Assembly: GCA_964418155.1 (NCBI GenBank)
Contig: CAYQKX010000012.1
Coordinates: 53,786 to 117,785 of the forward strand
DNA: 64,000 bases
Source of the DNA: an uncultured Candidatus Obscuribacterales bacterium
GTDB taxonomy: Bacteria; Cyanobacteriota; Vampirovibrionia; Obscuribacterales; Obscuribacteraceae
Reading direction: 5' to 3'
Shown: piece after piece, positions 38,875 through 48,818 of the stretch
Numbering within the stretch: the stretch's first letter is position 1
How the letters are laid out: every line of letters starts with the position of its first letter
Notes under the pieces: model-generated
Database searches by the model: none
What the model saw: only the letters and a program-made list of their open reading frames with translations
Told to the model about the DNA's origin: nothing
Program-made: the position numbers and the translations under genes

Positions 38875-39587
38875 TCAAATGACGCGCACAGCCAGCTCGA
38901 TTCCGGACCCAGCCAGCGGCAACTCATCTGCCTGCAAAAGAGCACCTGCGCACTCTACACGCTGATTGCCGCATTCCACATCCTTATCGACAAGATTATT
39001 GAGTTTGATATCAGCCGCTGCAATATATTTTGGCAGAACTTCTAAATTTGCCACTCCTCTCCAGTCTAGCCCCTGTCCGTTGCAATTGGTTTGCCAGTGC
39101 CAGACAATCAAGCTGCATGGGAAGGTGTGGTTAAGATGAATAGCATTGGCGAGTACCGCTCGTGCAGGCTCAACATGCAAGTTACTTAACGCCGCTATGA
39201 CGAGATTACATTTCTCCATTTTAACCTTGGTCGAGTCTTCATCATTCTGCTTGTATTGCTGCAACTCATCGATTGCCTTTTCTCAGGCAGCGACAGTTGT
39301 CGTGGTGCTTTTAGCTGATTCGTCGAATTGTCATAACGCCAAACACGAAAACCAGTAAAGCGTTTCAAAAACTCACTAAAGTAAAAGCTCAGCACAAAAT
39401 CAAGCAACTTCCAAAACAAACTTTTCGATTTGGGCACAGCCCTAAAATCTGGTCTAATACGGGAAAACAGACACAATGCAGCCGCTTGCTCATGATCATT
39501 AATCCAATTGGTTGATCGCGCCGAGCAAGGGAAACATCTACGAGAACTTGAAAGAGCACCTGGCCTGGATGCACTTAATAAACGCAC
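38875..39587 (-). pseudogene. possible frameshifted gene downstream of the ABC exporter (two overlapping ORFs)
   Basis: ORFs 39195..39587 and 38875..39264 overlap in different frames. One extra A in the A4 run (complement of 39278..39281) would join ...QLSLPEK to KAIDELQQYKQNDED.... The region looks AT-richer than its surroundings. No family recognised. Confidence 0.3.
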
Positions 39588-39601
39588 TTTTCAGACTGGC
39601 A

Positions 39602-40384
39602 TTAACCGCCGGCGGTGCTCAGCAGTTTTGCATCTCGTTTATGAACAATCTCGCGCAGGTAAAACTTCACCATCTCGTCCGGAGCGCCATCCGCCACTAC
39701 TCGTCCCTTATGCATCACGATGACACGATTACACAATTGCTTTACCATTCGCAAATTGTGAGAAACGAAAAGCACAAGATTGGCAGAGTTGATAAGGTTC
39801 GTCATTCGGTCCAGCGCTTTGTCTACAAATCGTTCGTCTCCGGTGGAAAAGACCTCGTCAATCAGTAAAATGTCTGGACGAATGGATGTTGCAATCGAGA
39901 ATGCCAGTCGTGATACCATTCCAGACGAATAGTATTTAACGGGCACATCAATGAATTCCTCGAGCTCTGCAAATTGGATAATCTCACTCTCGACAGTCCT
40001 CAAGTCCTTTTGAGCGCGACCAAGCATCACCCAATTGATGAGAATGTTCTCTCTGCCTGTAAGTTGAATATCAAATGCAGTGCCTAGCTCGATAAGGGGC
40101 GTAATCCGACCGGTGATCTCTAGGTGACCCTCGTGTGGCGAATAGATCCCGCTTATCGCTTTCAAGAGAGTCGATTTTCCTGCGCCATTCAGACCGATGA
40201 TTCCGACGACTTCGCCGCCTTGGACTTTCAAATCGATTCCATTCAGCGCATTGAATCGCAGTTCCGTATCTCTTTGAGGACGCACGCCTAGCCGCTTCAA
40301 TAGAGTCTCCTTCAGGCTCTGCGAGCAGTTACCGTACTTGGAGAATTGCAAGGTGACTTTAGACAGGAGTATTTTGGGCTTCAA
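39602..40384 (-). CDS. polysaccharide/teichoic-acid-type ABC exporter, ATP-binding protein (Wzt/TagH/KpsT-like)
   Basis: Walker A GLNGAGKSTLLK, signature YSSGM, Walker B ILLIDE. The track start is 40447. TTG 40384 is preferred (AGGTG 7 nt upstream, just past the permease stop). Confidence 0.85.
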   Translation of the reverse strand: MKPKILLSKVTLQFSKYGNCSQSLKETLLKRLGVRPQRDTELRFNALNGIDLKVQGGEVVGIIGLNGAGKSTLLKAISGIYSPHEGHLEITGRITPLIELGTAFDIQLTGRENILINWVMLGRAQKDLRTVESEIIQFAELEEFIDVPVKYYSSGMVSRLAFSIATSIRPDILLIDEVFSTGDERFVDKALDRMTNLINSANLVLFVSHNLRMVKQLCNRVIVMHKGRVVADGAPDEMVKFYLREIVHKRDAKLLSTAGG

Positions 40385-40394
40385 CCGTTTACAC

Positions 40395-41240
40395 CTAGAG
40401 TCGATAAATAATATTTGGCGCGCGCCACAAGTAGATAAAGACTCCAATTACGGTAGCAAGCAGCGATAGTGACCAGACGATACAGCATTCTTGAATAGAA
40501 GGCATGGAGCCTGTGCAAATCAAATCCCGGTAAAGATTGAGGAAGTGCACGAAGGGATTGTAGTGATACCATCCCTGGAGACGCGATGGAATTGATGTTA
40601 CAGGATAGAGAATCGGGGTGAGGTAAAAGATGCCACCAAAAGCGACACCAACAATATGAGCCACATCGCGGAAATAAACTGTCGTAACTGAGAGTATGAT
40701 TGTCATACCGAGTGTGAATACTAGTGTCGGCATTATTGCAATCGGAAGAGCAAGCAAGGTGGGATGGCACTGAAGACCAATGATTGCACCGAGCAATACG
40801 AGAGCGAAGAGACTAAAACTGAAGTTGCAAAACTCGGTCCCGACAAGGACAAGAGGAAAAACAAGCTTCGGTATAGGCATCTTCTTCAGATACCCGTCCG
40901 CCTCCACAAGGGCACCACAGCCAGCCACCATTGTCGAACTCATAAAAGTCCAGGGCAGCAGTCCGCTAAAAACATAAAGAGCAAAGTCGCGTGGATCTTT
41001 GTGGAAAAACAGCGAAAAAACCAGCGTCATGATTGTCATCATCGCCAGTGGATTGAGCAAGCTCCAGAGGAATCCCAGCAATGATCGCTGATAGCGACGA
41101 CGCAGATTATTGACCACGAGCGTCGGAACACAGGCCCGGTAATTCCACAGTGCGCGCAGCTCCGTCGCGGCGCGCGAAACAAGCGATTCTCGGTCGCTAT
41201 GCCTGGTGAATGCTGAGTTTAAACCGACGACTTGAGGCAT
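40395..41240 (-). CDS. ABC-2 type exporter permease (Wzm/TagG/KpsM-like)
   Basis: N-terminal LWNYRACVPTLVVNNLRRRYQRSLLGFLWSLLNPL matches the ABC-2 permease signature. About 6 TM spans. Confidence 0.85.
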   Translation of the reverse strand: MPQVVGLNSAFTRHSDRESLVSRAATELRALWNYRACVPTLVVNNLRRRYQRSLLGFLWSLLNPLAMMTIMTLVFSLFFHKDPRDFALYVFSGLLPWTFMSSTMVAGCGALVEADGYLKKMPIPKLVFPLVLVGTEFCNFSFSLFALVLLGAIIGLQCHPTLLALPIAIMPTLVFTLGMTIILSVTTVYFRDVAHIVGVAFGGIFYLTPILYPVTSIPSRLQGWYHYNPFVHFLNLYRDLICTGSMPSIQECCIVWSLSLLATVIGVFIYLWRAPNIIYRL

Positions 41241-41466
41241 TGCTCAATTGTAGACCGAAGCTCGTTTGCTGCGGTTTAAGCCAATTCAATACGCGACATG
41301 TCCATGGAGCCGAGTATTAAATATGCGCTGCATAGAGAATGACCAACGTAAAGCAGGATCGTCGTTCTATCCTTCTTGGCTCGGTCCGAGGGCGTAACGG
41401 AGACGCTTTACGGCAGTAGAACCAATGGAGACTGCAACCGCGACTGCTATCTCTGCCCCTAACTGG

Positions 41467-44277
41467 TCAGCGCGTACCGCGCCGCATCATGTTGTCTAGC
41501 TTATCGAGAGCCTCGGCCAGTGAGACTCGCTCAAAGTAGTTGAGACTGCCGTCCGACATCGTGAAGGCTGATTTGGCTCGTTTGATCCTGTCGAGTTCGC
41601 CCTGCAATCGCTTGACTTCACTCCCGTTCAATTTTCCTGTTTTGATGCCTTGTCGCATCAACAGTTCCACATTCTGTTGCCGCCTGTCTATATCGCTCCA
41701 TGCAAAGCTTTGCCCTTTCATACGCAGGTCGATCTCGGCATTGAGTCTATCGAGATCGTGGACTAGAGACTCGGTTTCCTCTAGATCAAAACCACCTTGG
41801 GAATGGGCGAAAGCGATTTTAGCTTTCTGAATCCTGTCTACCTCTGATTTCAGGGTGTTGCCGATGTCGGAAGTCAGTTTTTTCGTCACCAAGCCATCCG
41901 CAATGCGCTTGGACGTTTTCGAAATTCCTTCATCGAGACCGGTCCAACGAGTCGTCGATGCGGCAAGTGTCGCATCGATCAATTTGGTGAGCTTGTCCAG
42001 CTCAGTCTTGATCGTTGCCGATTCGGCGTAGCTCAAACCATCGCCGGAATATCTGAAGCTCAACTCGAGCCGTGAGATATCTTCGAGCTTCGAGGTAAAT
42101 TTTTCGATTTCATCGAGACTGCAGGTACCGTCGACAACCGCATTCGCTAACTTCCTGTCGATCTCCTCCTGGATGCGCGAGATGCTAGGTAAATCTACCT
42201 TCGTGTCGTGCATGCTCGACTCTATATTAGCGGCAAGCTTTTCAAGCCAGAAGGAAAGCGTGACCGCCTCTCCCCGGCTAATGCCACCGTCAGCGGTGTA
42301 ATCCCTTTCCATTCCCCGGATCCTGGCAAGTTCTTTTCTCAAATCGACAGCTTCAGCATTAGTCAAGTTGCCGTTGTTGACACCAGCTGCGATTCGAGCT
42401 TGTAGTTCGGACACACGCTTGTTCAAGTCCGGAGACGCAATTTCGGAATCTCTGAGTTCTTCGTTAAGCGATGTTTGAAAGTCCTTCCAGTCCTTCAGCA
42501 ATGCAACTGCGGCGGAAGCCCTCAATCTACCACTGAGACCGTTAAAACTGTTCTCCTCCGTCCGGATACGCGACAATTGCCCCTTCAAACTGCTTGCTTC
42601 CGATTCGGTCAACTTACCGGAAGCGATGCCCTCGTTGAGCTGTTCGTTGAGAGCAGTCTTCAGGTCTTCGAGACTCTGGCTGTGAGTACTGTCGTGAATG
42701 CCATGCTCGACTTTCGCCGTGAGCTGTTGAAACTCAAGAGCGATCATCAGTCGGTCTCGATCGATGGACGAGCTGGAGGAAGACGCGGTCAAACTGGCTT
42801 TTTTTTGGGAAATCACGTTGAAATCATCCAACAGTTTTTTCGCTTCCAGCAGAGAAAGATTTCCAGAGGTGGCACCATATACAATGCGATCATCGAGGTT
42901 GAGTTCGAGCACGTTGAGCTTGGGAACTTCTACTGTACGGTCATGCAGACTGTCCGAGAGCTTCTGTGTGAGTTGCTCAATCGAGGTGGCTACCAACAGA
43001 CTTTCATCAAGCGGATAAGGACGATCATCACCGCCGTGGTCGTAGTTGCGCCATTTCGTCGAAATACGTTTCAATTCGGCGGACAAGAGGCTGGCTTCGG
43101 AATCGCTCAACCTTCCTTTCGCCTGCGCGGTTGAGATGCGTCGATCGAGAGTATCCAGTCGTTCGTTGATACCAGGCGAAGAATTGCCCAGATCAACCAG
43201 TCGGCGATTGACGGCGCTGGATAACTTTTCCAGCTCCAGAGCGAGTGCTTTCTTCTCAGCTTGGGTGATACTGGCATCAGACTGGGAGGAAGAAGTTTGC
43301 AGACTATCAAGCTGCAGGAGTTGCTCCTTGAGCCTGTATGCCTCGCCAAGAGTCAATTTGCCTGACACCAGCCCGGCGGCGATTTTTTCTCTGATATATT
43401 GTTTTCTCAGGGTAAAATCGTGCGAGATCACGGTCGAAGTCGTGGCGAACTTCTCGACAGACGTAGACAACTTTTCAAGATCCAGAGCCAACTCCAGCGT
43501 CTCGAAGCTCGTCAATGGTCGGCCGAATCGCTTGAGTTGCGATTCTCGATCCGAGATACGCTGAAACTCCTGTTTCAAATCCTTGGCTTCTCGCTCATCA
43601 AGTTTTCCTGACGAGATGCCGTCGCTGATGCGTTTTTCCAATTCAACTTGCAACTTATCGATGCTCGGAAGTTGATACTGCCGGTCATGCATCGTCGATT
43701 CCAGCCGCGAGCTTAAAGCATCAAGAGAAAGCGCTAGCTGCAAGGAGTTATGGTCGGAAGGAACAGCGCCATCAGCACCGTACGACCCCTTCAGCAGTTT
43801 GATTCGGTTTAACTCATAAGTAAACTCATTTGCTTCCTGATCGGTAAGTCTTTTAGAATGACGAGCATCTGCCAATCGCGCTTCGATTTCATGAATTCGG
43901 GCATCTAGATCTGCACCAGATATGGTGCGATCACCGAGCGATTGCTCGAACTGCCGACTTAGAGTATCAAGTTGAAACAGGAGCTTCAAACTCTCCCAGG
44001 TGGACAGGTTACCCGATGTCGACTTGAAAGTCGCTTCCAGGTCGCTTATCTTTTCCAGCTCGTCATAGAACGGTTGCGCTTCATTGCGAGTCAAGCGGCC
44101 GGCGCTAACCGCATCCTTGACTCTGCGCTCCAGCTGCGCCTGACGCACATCCACATTTCCGACCGAAGCGGCAGAATTGAATAACTTCGAGATGTCCGTC
44201 GCCTTCGCAGGAGAATAATCTGCACCAGAAAGCGTTAGAGTAAGAGCCAAAACACAGGCGGGCCAAAAGCGGTACAT
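41467..44277 (-). CDS. secreted protein of about 11 tandem ~80-aa helical repeats (unknown family)
   Basis: The track start is 44289. ATG 44277 is preferred (GGAGGA 4 nt upstream; MYRFWPACVLALTLTLSGA is a signal peptide). The recurring motif is G-[KRN]-L-[TSDN]-x-x-E-A-x-x-L-x-x-E-[LF]. See findings. Confidence 0.8.
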   Translation of the reverse strand: MYRFWPACVLALTLTLSGADYSPAKATDISKLFNSAASVGNVDVRQAQLERRVKDAVSAGRLTRNEAQPFYDELEKISDLEATFKSTSGNLSTWESLKLLFQLDTLSRQFEQSLGDRTISGADLDARIHEIEARLADARHSKRLTDQEANEFTYELNRIKLLKGSYGADGAVPSDHNSLQLALSLDALSSRLESTMHDRQYQLPSIDKLQVELEKRISDGISSGKLDEREAKDLKQEFQRISDRESQLKRFGRPLTSFETLELALDLEKLSTSVEKFATTSTVISHDFTLRKQYIREKIAAGLVSGKLTLGEAYRLKEQLLQLDSLQTSSSQSDASITQAEKKALALELEKLSSAVNRRLVDLGNSSPGINERLDTLDRRISTAQAKGRLSDSEASLLSAELKRISTKWRNYDHGGDDRPYPLDESLLVATSIEQLTQKLSDSLHDRTVEVPKLNVLELNLDDRIVYGATSGNLSLLEAKKLLDDFNVISQKKASLTASSSSSSIDRDRLMIALEFQQLTAKVEHGIHDSTHSQSLEDLKTALNEQLNEGIASGKLTESEASSLKGQLSRIRTEENSFNGLSGRLRASAAVALLKDWKDFQTSLNEELRDSEIASPDLNKRVSELQARIAAGVNNGNLTNAEAVDLRKELARIRGMERDYTADGGISRGEAVTLSFWLEKLAANIESSMHDTKVDLPSISRIQEEIDRKLANAVVDGTCSLDEIEKFTSKLEDISRLELSFRYSGDGLSYAESATIKTELDKLTKLIDATLAASTTRWTGLDEGISKTSKRIADGLVTKKLTSDIGNTLKSEVDRIQKAKIAFAHSQGGFDLEETESLVHDLDRLNAEIDLRMKGQSFAWSDIDRRQQNVELLMRQGIKTGKLNGSEVKRLQGELDRIKRAKSAFTMSDGSLNYFERVSLAEALDKLDNMMRRGTR

Positions 44278-44400
44278 GTTATCCTCCACCGGTTTTACGA
44301 GCCGGACTCAACCGACAGCATCTATGAGGGCGCTTCGGCTGTCGAGAGATCAAATCCTCCACTGCCCACTTTGCAACACCGCTCCGAGAAGCGCCTTATT

Positions 44401-45528
44401 TTACTTTGAACGGCCCGAATATGTAATTCGATATATGGCGCCGCAACGATCGTCGGAGACCAAAAGCGACCCATCCGGCATGACGCAAACGTCGACCGGG
44501 CGCCCCCATGCATCACCCTCGCCGGGAGCAATAAAGCCATCCATGAATGTTTCGTACTTTTTCGCCTTGCCGTTTTCCAGAGTCACCATGGTGATCCGGT
44601 AGCCAAGCTTCTTGCTGCGATTCCAGCTGCCATGCTCGGCGATAAAAATGTTGCCTCGATACTTCTCGGGAAACATGTTGCCGGTATAAAACCGCAATCC
44701 AAGCGACGCGACATGTGGTCCGAGCGGCATAGCCGCCGGCACGAATTGCAGCCCTTTCGGCGCCTTCACTCCAAACTCCGGGTCAGGCACGCTCAAGCCA
44801 TACCGATAAGGAAAGCCGAAGTGCAGCCCCTTGCTCGTCGCGCAGTTGAGCTCATCCGGGGGCAGGTTATCACCCAGCCAATCACGACCATTATCGGTAA
44901 ACCAGAGATTTTTCGTTCTGGGATCCCAGTCCATCCCCACGGTATTACGAATGCCTTTAGCAAAAATCTCCGGCGAAGAACCATCAGGTCTTACCCTGGT
45001 AATGCTGGCAAAACGCGCATCATCAGGGCGTTCGCAGACGTTGCACGGAGCGCCGACCGGAACGTAAAGCCAGCCATCAGGTCCGAAGCGAATATATCGG
45101 TTGCCGTGCCATTCATCTTTAGGTAACTTATCGTAGACAACCACGCTTCGCGCCATCGGCTTCAACTGTGTTTCGATTTTAGGAAACTTCAGAATCCGAC
45201 CGACTTCGCCGACGAACAGATCTCCATTTAGGAAAGCCACACCATTCGGTGCTTTTAAGCTATTGGATAGGACCACTACCTCATCGACTTTATAGTCATG
45301 GTTGCGATCGGGCAGCGCGTATACGGTGTTGGCGCCAATACTGCCCACATAGAGCGTGCCCGTGTCGCTAAGAGCCATTTGGCGCGCGTTCGGCACCTGG
45401 TCGCAGTAGACACTTACTTGGAATCCAGGTGGCAGTTTAAGTTTATCTATAGGGAGAGCCGCAACTCCTGGCTGTCCGCAGGCGGTCAGCATGATAAGCA
45501 GCAGAATGGCAGTGAGAAATCTAATCAT
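44401..45528 (-). CDS. PQQ-dependent sugar (glucose/sorbosone-type) dehydrogenase, lipoprotein
   Basis: MIRFLTAILLLIMLTAC signal/lipobox. HGNRYIRFGPDGWLYVPVG, IRNTVGMDWDP, WFTDNGRDWLGD, GLHFGFPY are typical of soluble beta-propeller aldose dehydrogenases. Confidence 0.8.
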   Translation of the reverse strand: MIRFLTAILLLIMLTACGQPGVAALPIDKLKLPPGFQVSVYCDQVPNARQMALSDTGTLYVGSIGANTVYALPDRNHDYKVDEVVVLSNSLKAPNGVAFLNGDLFVGEVGRILKFPKIETQLKPMARSVVVYDKLPKDEWHGNRYIRFGPDGWLYVPVGAPCNVCERPDDARFASITRVRPDGSSPEIFAKGIRNTVGMDWDPRTKNLWFTDNGRDWLGDNLPPDELNCATSKGLHFGFPYRYGLSVPDPEFGVKAPKGLQFVPAAMPLGPHVASLGLRFYTGNMFPEKYRGNIFIAEHGSWNRSKKLGYRITMVTLENGKAKKYETFMDGFIAPGEGDAWGRPVDVCVMPDGSLLVSDDRCGAIYRITYSGRSK

Positions 45529-45638
45529 TGCAACACTTTGACAGGGACGACAGAGCGCGCAAACGCCCGCCCAACTTTAGCAGCCTGCCATCGAGTGTGC
45601 AATTATTCAGGGAGAAACAGCCAACAGCGAATATATAA

Positions 45639-47855
45639 TTGGTATACGACCTCTGGCACAAATCGGACGGGAGTATGGTTCGTAAAACCCTACCTGGTGG
45701 TGGCTGGCAAGCGATCAGGTATACCTTCAATAAAGCTCTGGAAGTCGGACCATTGCGTCTGTGGAGACGGATGCGCGCGCGCAACGCTTGTAAGACCTGT
45801 GCGCTCGGAATGGGCGGCGTGGACGGCGGCATGGTCAATGAAGCCGGGCACTTCCCTGAGGTCTGCAAGAAGAGTTTGCAAGCGCAGGTTGCCGATATGG
45901 TGGGGGCATTACCCGCCGACTTCTTCGATCGCAATGACCTCGACAGCTTGCTCAAGTTAACGCCCAAGCAGGCGGAAGATGCTGGACGAATAAGCTATCC
46001 TGTGATTCTCAATCCGGGTGCCACCAAGTTTAGAACCATTTCTTGGGCTGACGCCATCGAACTCGTCGTCCAGAAGATTCAGCAGACTGCGCCTGGAGAG
46101 GCGGCTTTTTATGCCTCTGGACGTTCATCCAACGAAGCAGCATTTTTGCTCCATTCTTTCGCGCGATTTTTCGGCAGCAATCACACAATGAATTGCTCGT
46201 ATTACTGCCATCAAGCATCTGGCGTCGGTCTGAAGATGGCGTTCGGTACTAGCACTGCCACAGTACAGCTCGAAGATCTTGCCGAGGCCGACCTCGTTTT
46301 TCTAACTGGAGCCAATCCTGCATCCAATCACCCGCGATTGATGACTCAACTGGCAAATCTTAGAGGTCGTGGTGGTGAAGTGATTGTCGTCAACCCGATT
46401 CGGGAGTCAGGGTTGGAAAAGTTCTTCGTCCCGTCGCAGTTGAAATCGATGTTGTTCGGCTCTGAAATCGCATCGCTATATATACAACCAAAAGCTGGTG
46501 GCGACATCGCATTTCTGATGGGTGTACTGAAACAGCTCCAAGAAGATGACCTTATCAACCTCGAATTCTTATCGACGCACACTGAAGGATCGGAAACGGT
46601 TTTGCAGCATGCGACCGCCATTAGTTGGGACGAGATAACGAATTCCAGCGGTGTCGATCGCGATTCTATACGTGCTACTGCACAAAAACTAGCAAAAGCA
46701 AAAGCCGCGATCTTTGCCTGGGCAATGGGTCTCACGCACCACCAGTGGGGCGTGGAAAACGTTCTTGCGCTCTGCAATGTCGCTATGGCAACAGGTCATG
46801 TAGGCAGAAAAGGGGCAGGTCTGATGCCCATCCGGGGTCACTCTAATGTGCAAGGGATAGGCTCCATTGGATTCACTCCGGCGCTTCAAGAAAGCATCCT
46901 CAAGGCTTTAGAAAAGGCCTACGGCAGCAAAGTGGTGTCAGAGGCAAAACCCGGTTACGATACATTTACCATGCTGGAGGCGGCTGAAGCTGGCAAGCTC
47001 AAATTCCTTTTCAATCTCGGCGGCAACTTGTGGGGTTCCAATCCCGATCTAAATTGGGCCGGTCGCGCGATGAACAGTGTCGATACAACAGTCTATCTTT
47101 CGACAAAGCTAAACCCCGGGCACTTCCATGGGAGAGGTCAGACAACAATTATTCTTCCTGTATTCGCCCGAGACGAAGAGCCACAGCCTACGACGCAGGA
47201 ATCGATGTTCAACTATGTCCGGCTGTCAGAGGGCGGCACCGCCAATGATGGTCTTCAGGGCATGCTCAGATCAGAATCGGATATCATCTGCGATATCGCC
47301 AGCGGTGTCTTGCACGACGGGCCAATCGATTGGAATCGATTGAAAAATCTTAAGGAAGTGCGAAAACTAATTGCGGAGATCATTCCAGGATGGCAGTCAA
47401 TCGCCACTATAGACGATACCAAGAAAGAATTCACTATACCGGGACGTATCTATCACACTCCAGTCTTCAATACCGCCAGCGGCAAAGCGATCATGTACGA
47501 GACACCACTGCCGAAGATGGATCCTAACACTTTGACGATGATAACAATTCGCTCGGAAGGACAGTTCAATACCGTCGTCTATGAAAATCCCGATATCTAT
47601 CGAGGCATTCCCCACCGCATGTGCGTCATGATGTCAGAAGAGGACATCGCGCGTCTGCACCTGAAGGACGGACAGCGGGTCACCGTCAACGGCGAAGCAG
47701 GCAGCCTCGACAACATCGAAGTGGTGGCCGGCAAGATTAGACCTGGTGTTGTCGCCATGTTTTATCCGGAATCTAATGTATTGATCAAACCCCGCCTCGA
47801 TCCGAGATCCAAGACCCCCGCCTTCAAGAGCGCTCCCGTAACGATAAGCACCTGA
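45639..47855 (+). CDS. FdhF/YdeP-family molybdopterin oxidoreductase
   Basis: N-terminal Cys cluster NACKTCALGMGG...EVCKKS, a molybdopterin oxidoreductase body (FYASGRSSNEAAFLL, GANPASNHPR) and a C-terminal barrel. The start is either TTG 45639 or ATG 45675. Confidence 0.8.
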   Translation: MVYDLWHKSDGSMVRKTLPGGGWQAIRYTFNKALEVGPLRLWRRMRARNACKTCALGMGGVDGGMVNEAGHFPEVCKKSLQAQVADMVGALPADFFDRNDLDSLLKLTPKQAEDAGRISYPVILNPGATKFRTISWADAIELVVQKIQQTAPGEAAFYASGRSSNEAAFLLHSFARFFGSNHTMNCSYYCHQASGVGLKMAFGTSTATVQLEDLAEADLVFLTGANPASNHPRLMTQLANLRGRGGEVIVVNPIRESGLEKFFVPSQLKSMLFGSEIASLYIQPKAGGDIAFLMGVLKQLQEDDLINLEFLSTHTEGSETVLQHATAISWDEITNSSGVDRDSIRATAQKLAKAKAAIFAWAMGLTHHQWGVENVLALCNVAMATGHVGRKGAGLMPIRGHSNVQGIGSIGFTPALQESILKALEKAYGSKVVSEAKPGYDTFTMLEAAEAGKLKFLFNLGGNLWGSNPDLNWAGRAMNSVDTTVYLSTKLNPGHFHGRGQTTIILPVFARDEEPQPTTQESMFNYVRLSEGGTANDGLQGMLRSESDIICDIASGVLHDGPIDWNRLKNLKEVRKLIAEIIPGWQSIATIDDTKKEFTIPGRIYHTPVFNTASGKAIMYETPLPKMDPNTLTMITIRSEGQFNTVVYENPDIYRGIPHRMCVMMSEEDIARLHLKDGQRVTVNGEAGSLDNIEVVAGKIRPGVVAMFYPESNVLIKPRLDPRSKTPAFKSAPVTIST

Positions 47856-48041
47856 TTTCAGCGAGTATTGGATACCGACGCGTCGACTTGTGATGGAACC
47901 AAGGAGACACCATATCAGCGCGTAGTACTGTCTTTCAGAAACAGAAGAGGCGACTTGATGTTTGAGGAAGATGAGGCGCCTGCTTAATCAACGAGAATCA
48001 AGGGGTGAATCGACGACTAGAATCCAGTCAAGATCTGAATC

Positions 48042-48779
48042 CTACTTGCTCTGACTGTCCTTCTTGATCTGTTTATCCAATTCTCGAATGTCTTTCTTGG
48101 TCTTGTCGACCTCTTTCCTCATTTCCGAATTGAGACTCTTCGTCGCTTTTTCTACAGCCTGAATGTGATCCTGTAGAATCTGTGCAGCCTTAGCGATGTC
48201 ATAATTGTTGAATTTCGGTCCCTGGGTGACAGCTGCAATTCCTTGCAAATCCTGCGAGAACGTCGTCAACGAATCAGATATAGTCTTCATATCAGTCTTC
48301 GCTTGATCGCTTGCATCATCCGGAAGTACCAGAGCGCTTACCTCGGTCTGCGTCATCTTCATCAAGTCGCTTAACTGACTCTGGAAATAATCAAGAAATT
48401 TCTGCCGAGGAGGTAAGAAACCACCCATTGCCATCATTCCCGATGGGCTTGGAATAGCTGGAATGATGATTGGCCCGATAACATCAGGCTCTCCGACGAC
48501 CACCATATTTTGCCTTTGAACTTCGATGAAAATGTCGAAGGCCGATCGCTTCATGTGATGAAGGGTTTTGGTCAAATCTTTGATGCCGGTCTCTAGTGCA
48601 AGGGCTTCATCTTGAACATGTCCCTCAAGAGATTTCTTTTGCTCCAACCCGGAGTCGCTAGAAGCGGAGGTCGAACTTGGTGTGTCACCAGGACCCGCGT
48701 CATCAGCTGATGCAGGACATGCACAACCAATACAGACAACTGCGGACAAGGCGATCTTAGTGACGAGATTGAAAGTCAA
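48042..48779 (-). CDS. secreted coiled-coil-rich hypothetical protein
   Basis: TTG start with GGAGGG 7 nt upstream. N-terminal hydrophobic signal. No family recognised. Confidence 0.6.
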   Translation of the reverse strand: MTFNLVTKIALSAVVCIGCACPASADDAGPGDTPSSTSASSDSGLEQKKSLEGHVQDEALALETGIKDLTKTLHHMKRSAFDIFIEVQRQNMVVVGEPDVIGPIIIPAIPSPSGMMAMGGFLPPRQKFLDYFQSQLSDLMKMTQTEVSALVLPDDASDQAKTDMKTISDSLTTFSQDLQGIAAVTQGPKFNNYDIAKAAQILQDHIQAVEKATKSLNSEMRKEVDKTKKDIRELDKQIKKDSQSK

Positions 48780-48818
48780 GACGGTTCCCTCCGTTGCTCA
48801 AACTTGATTTTAGATTGC

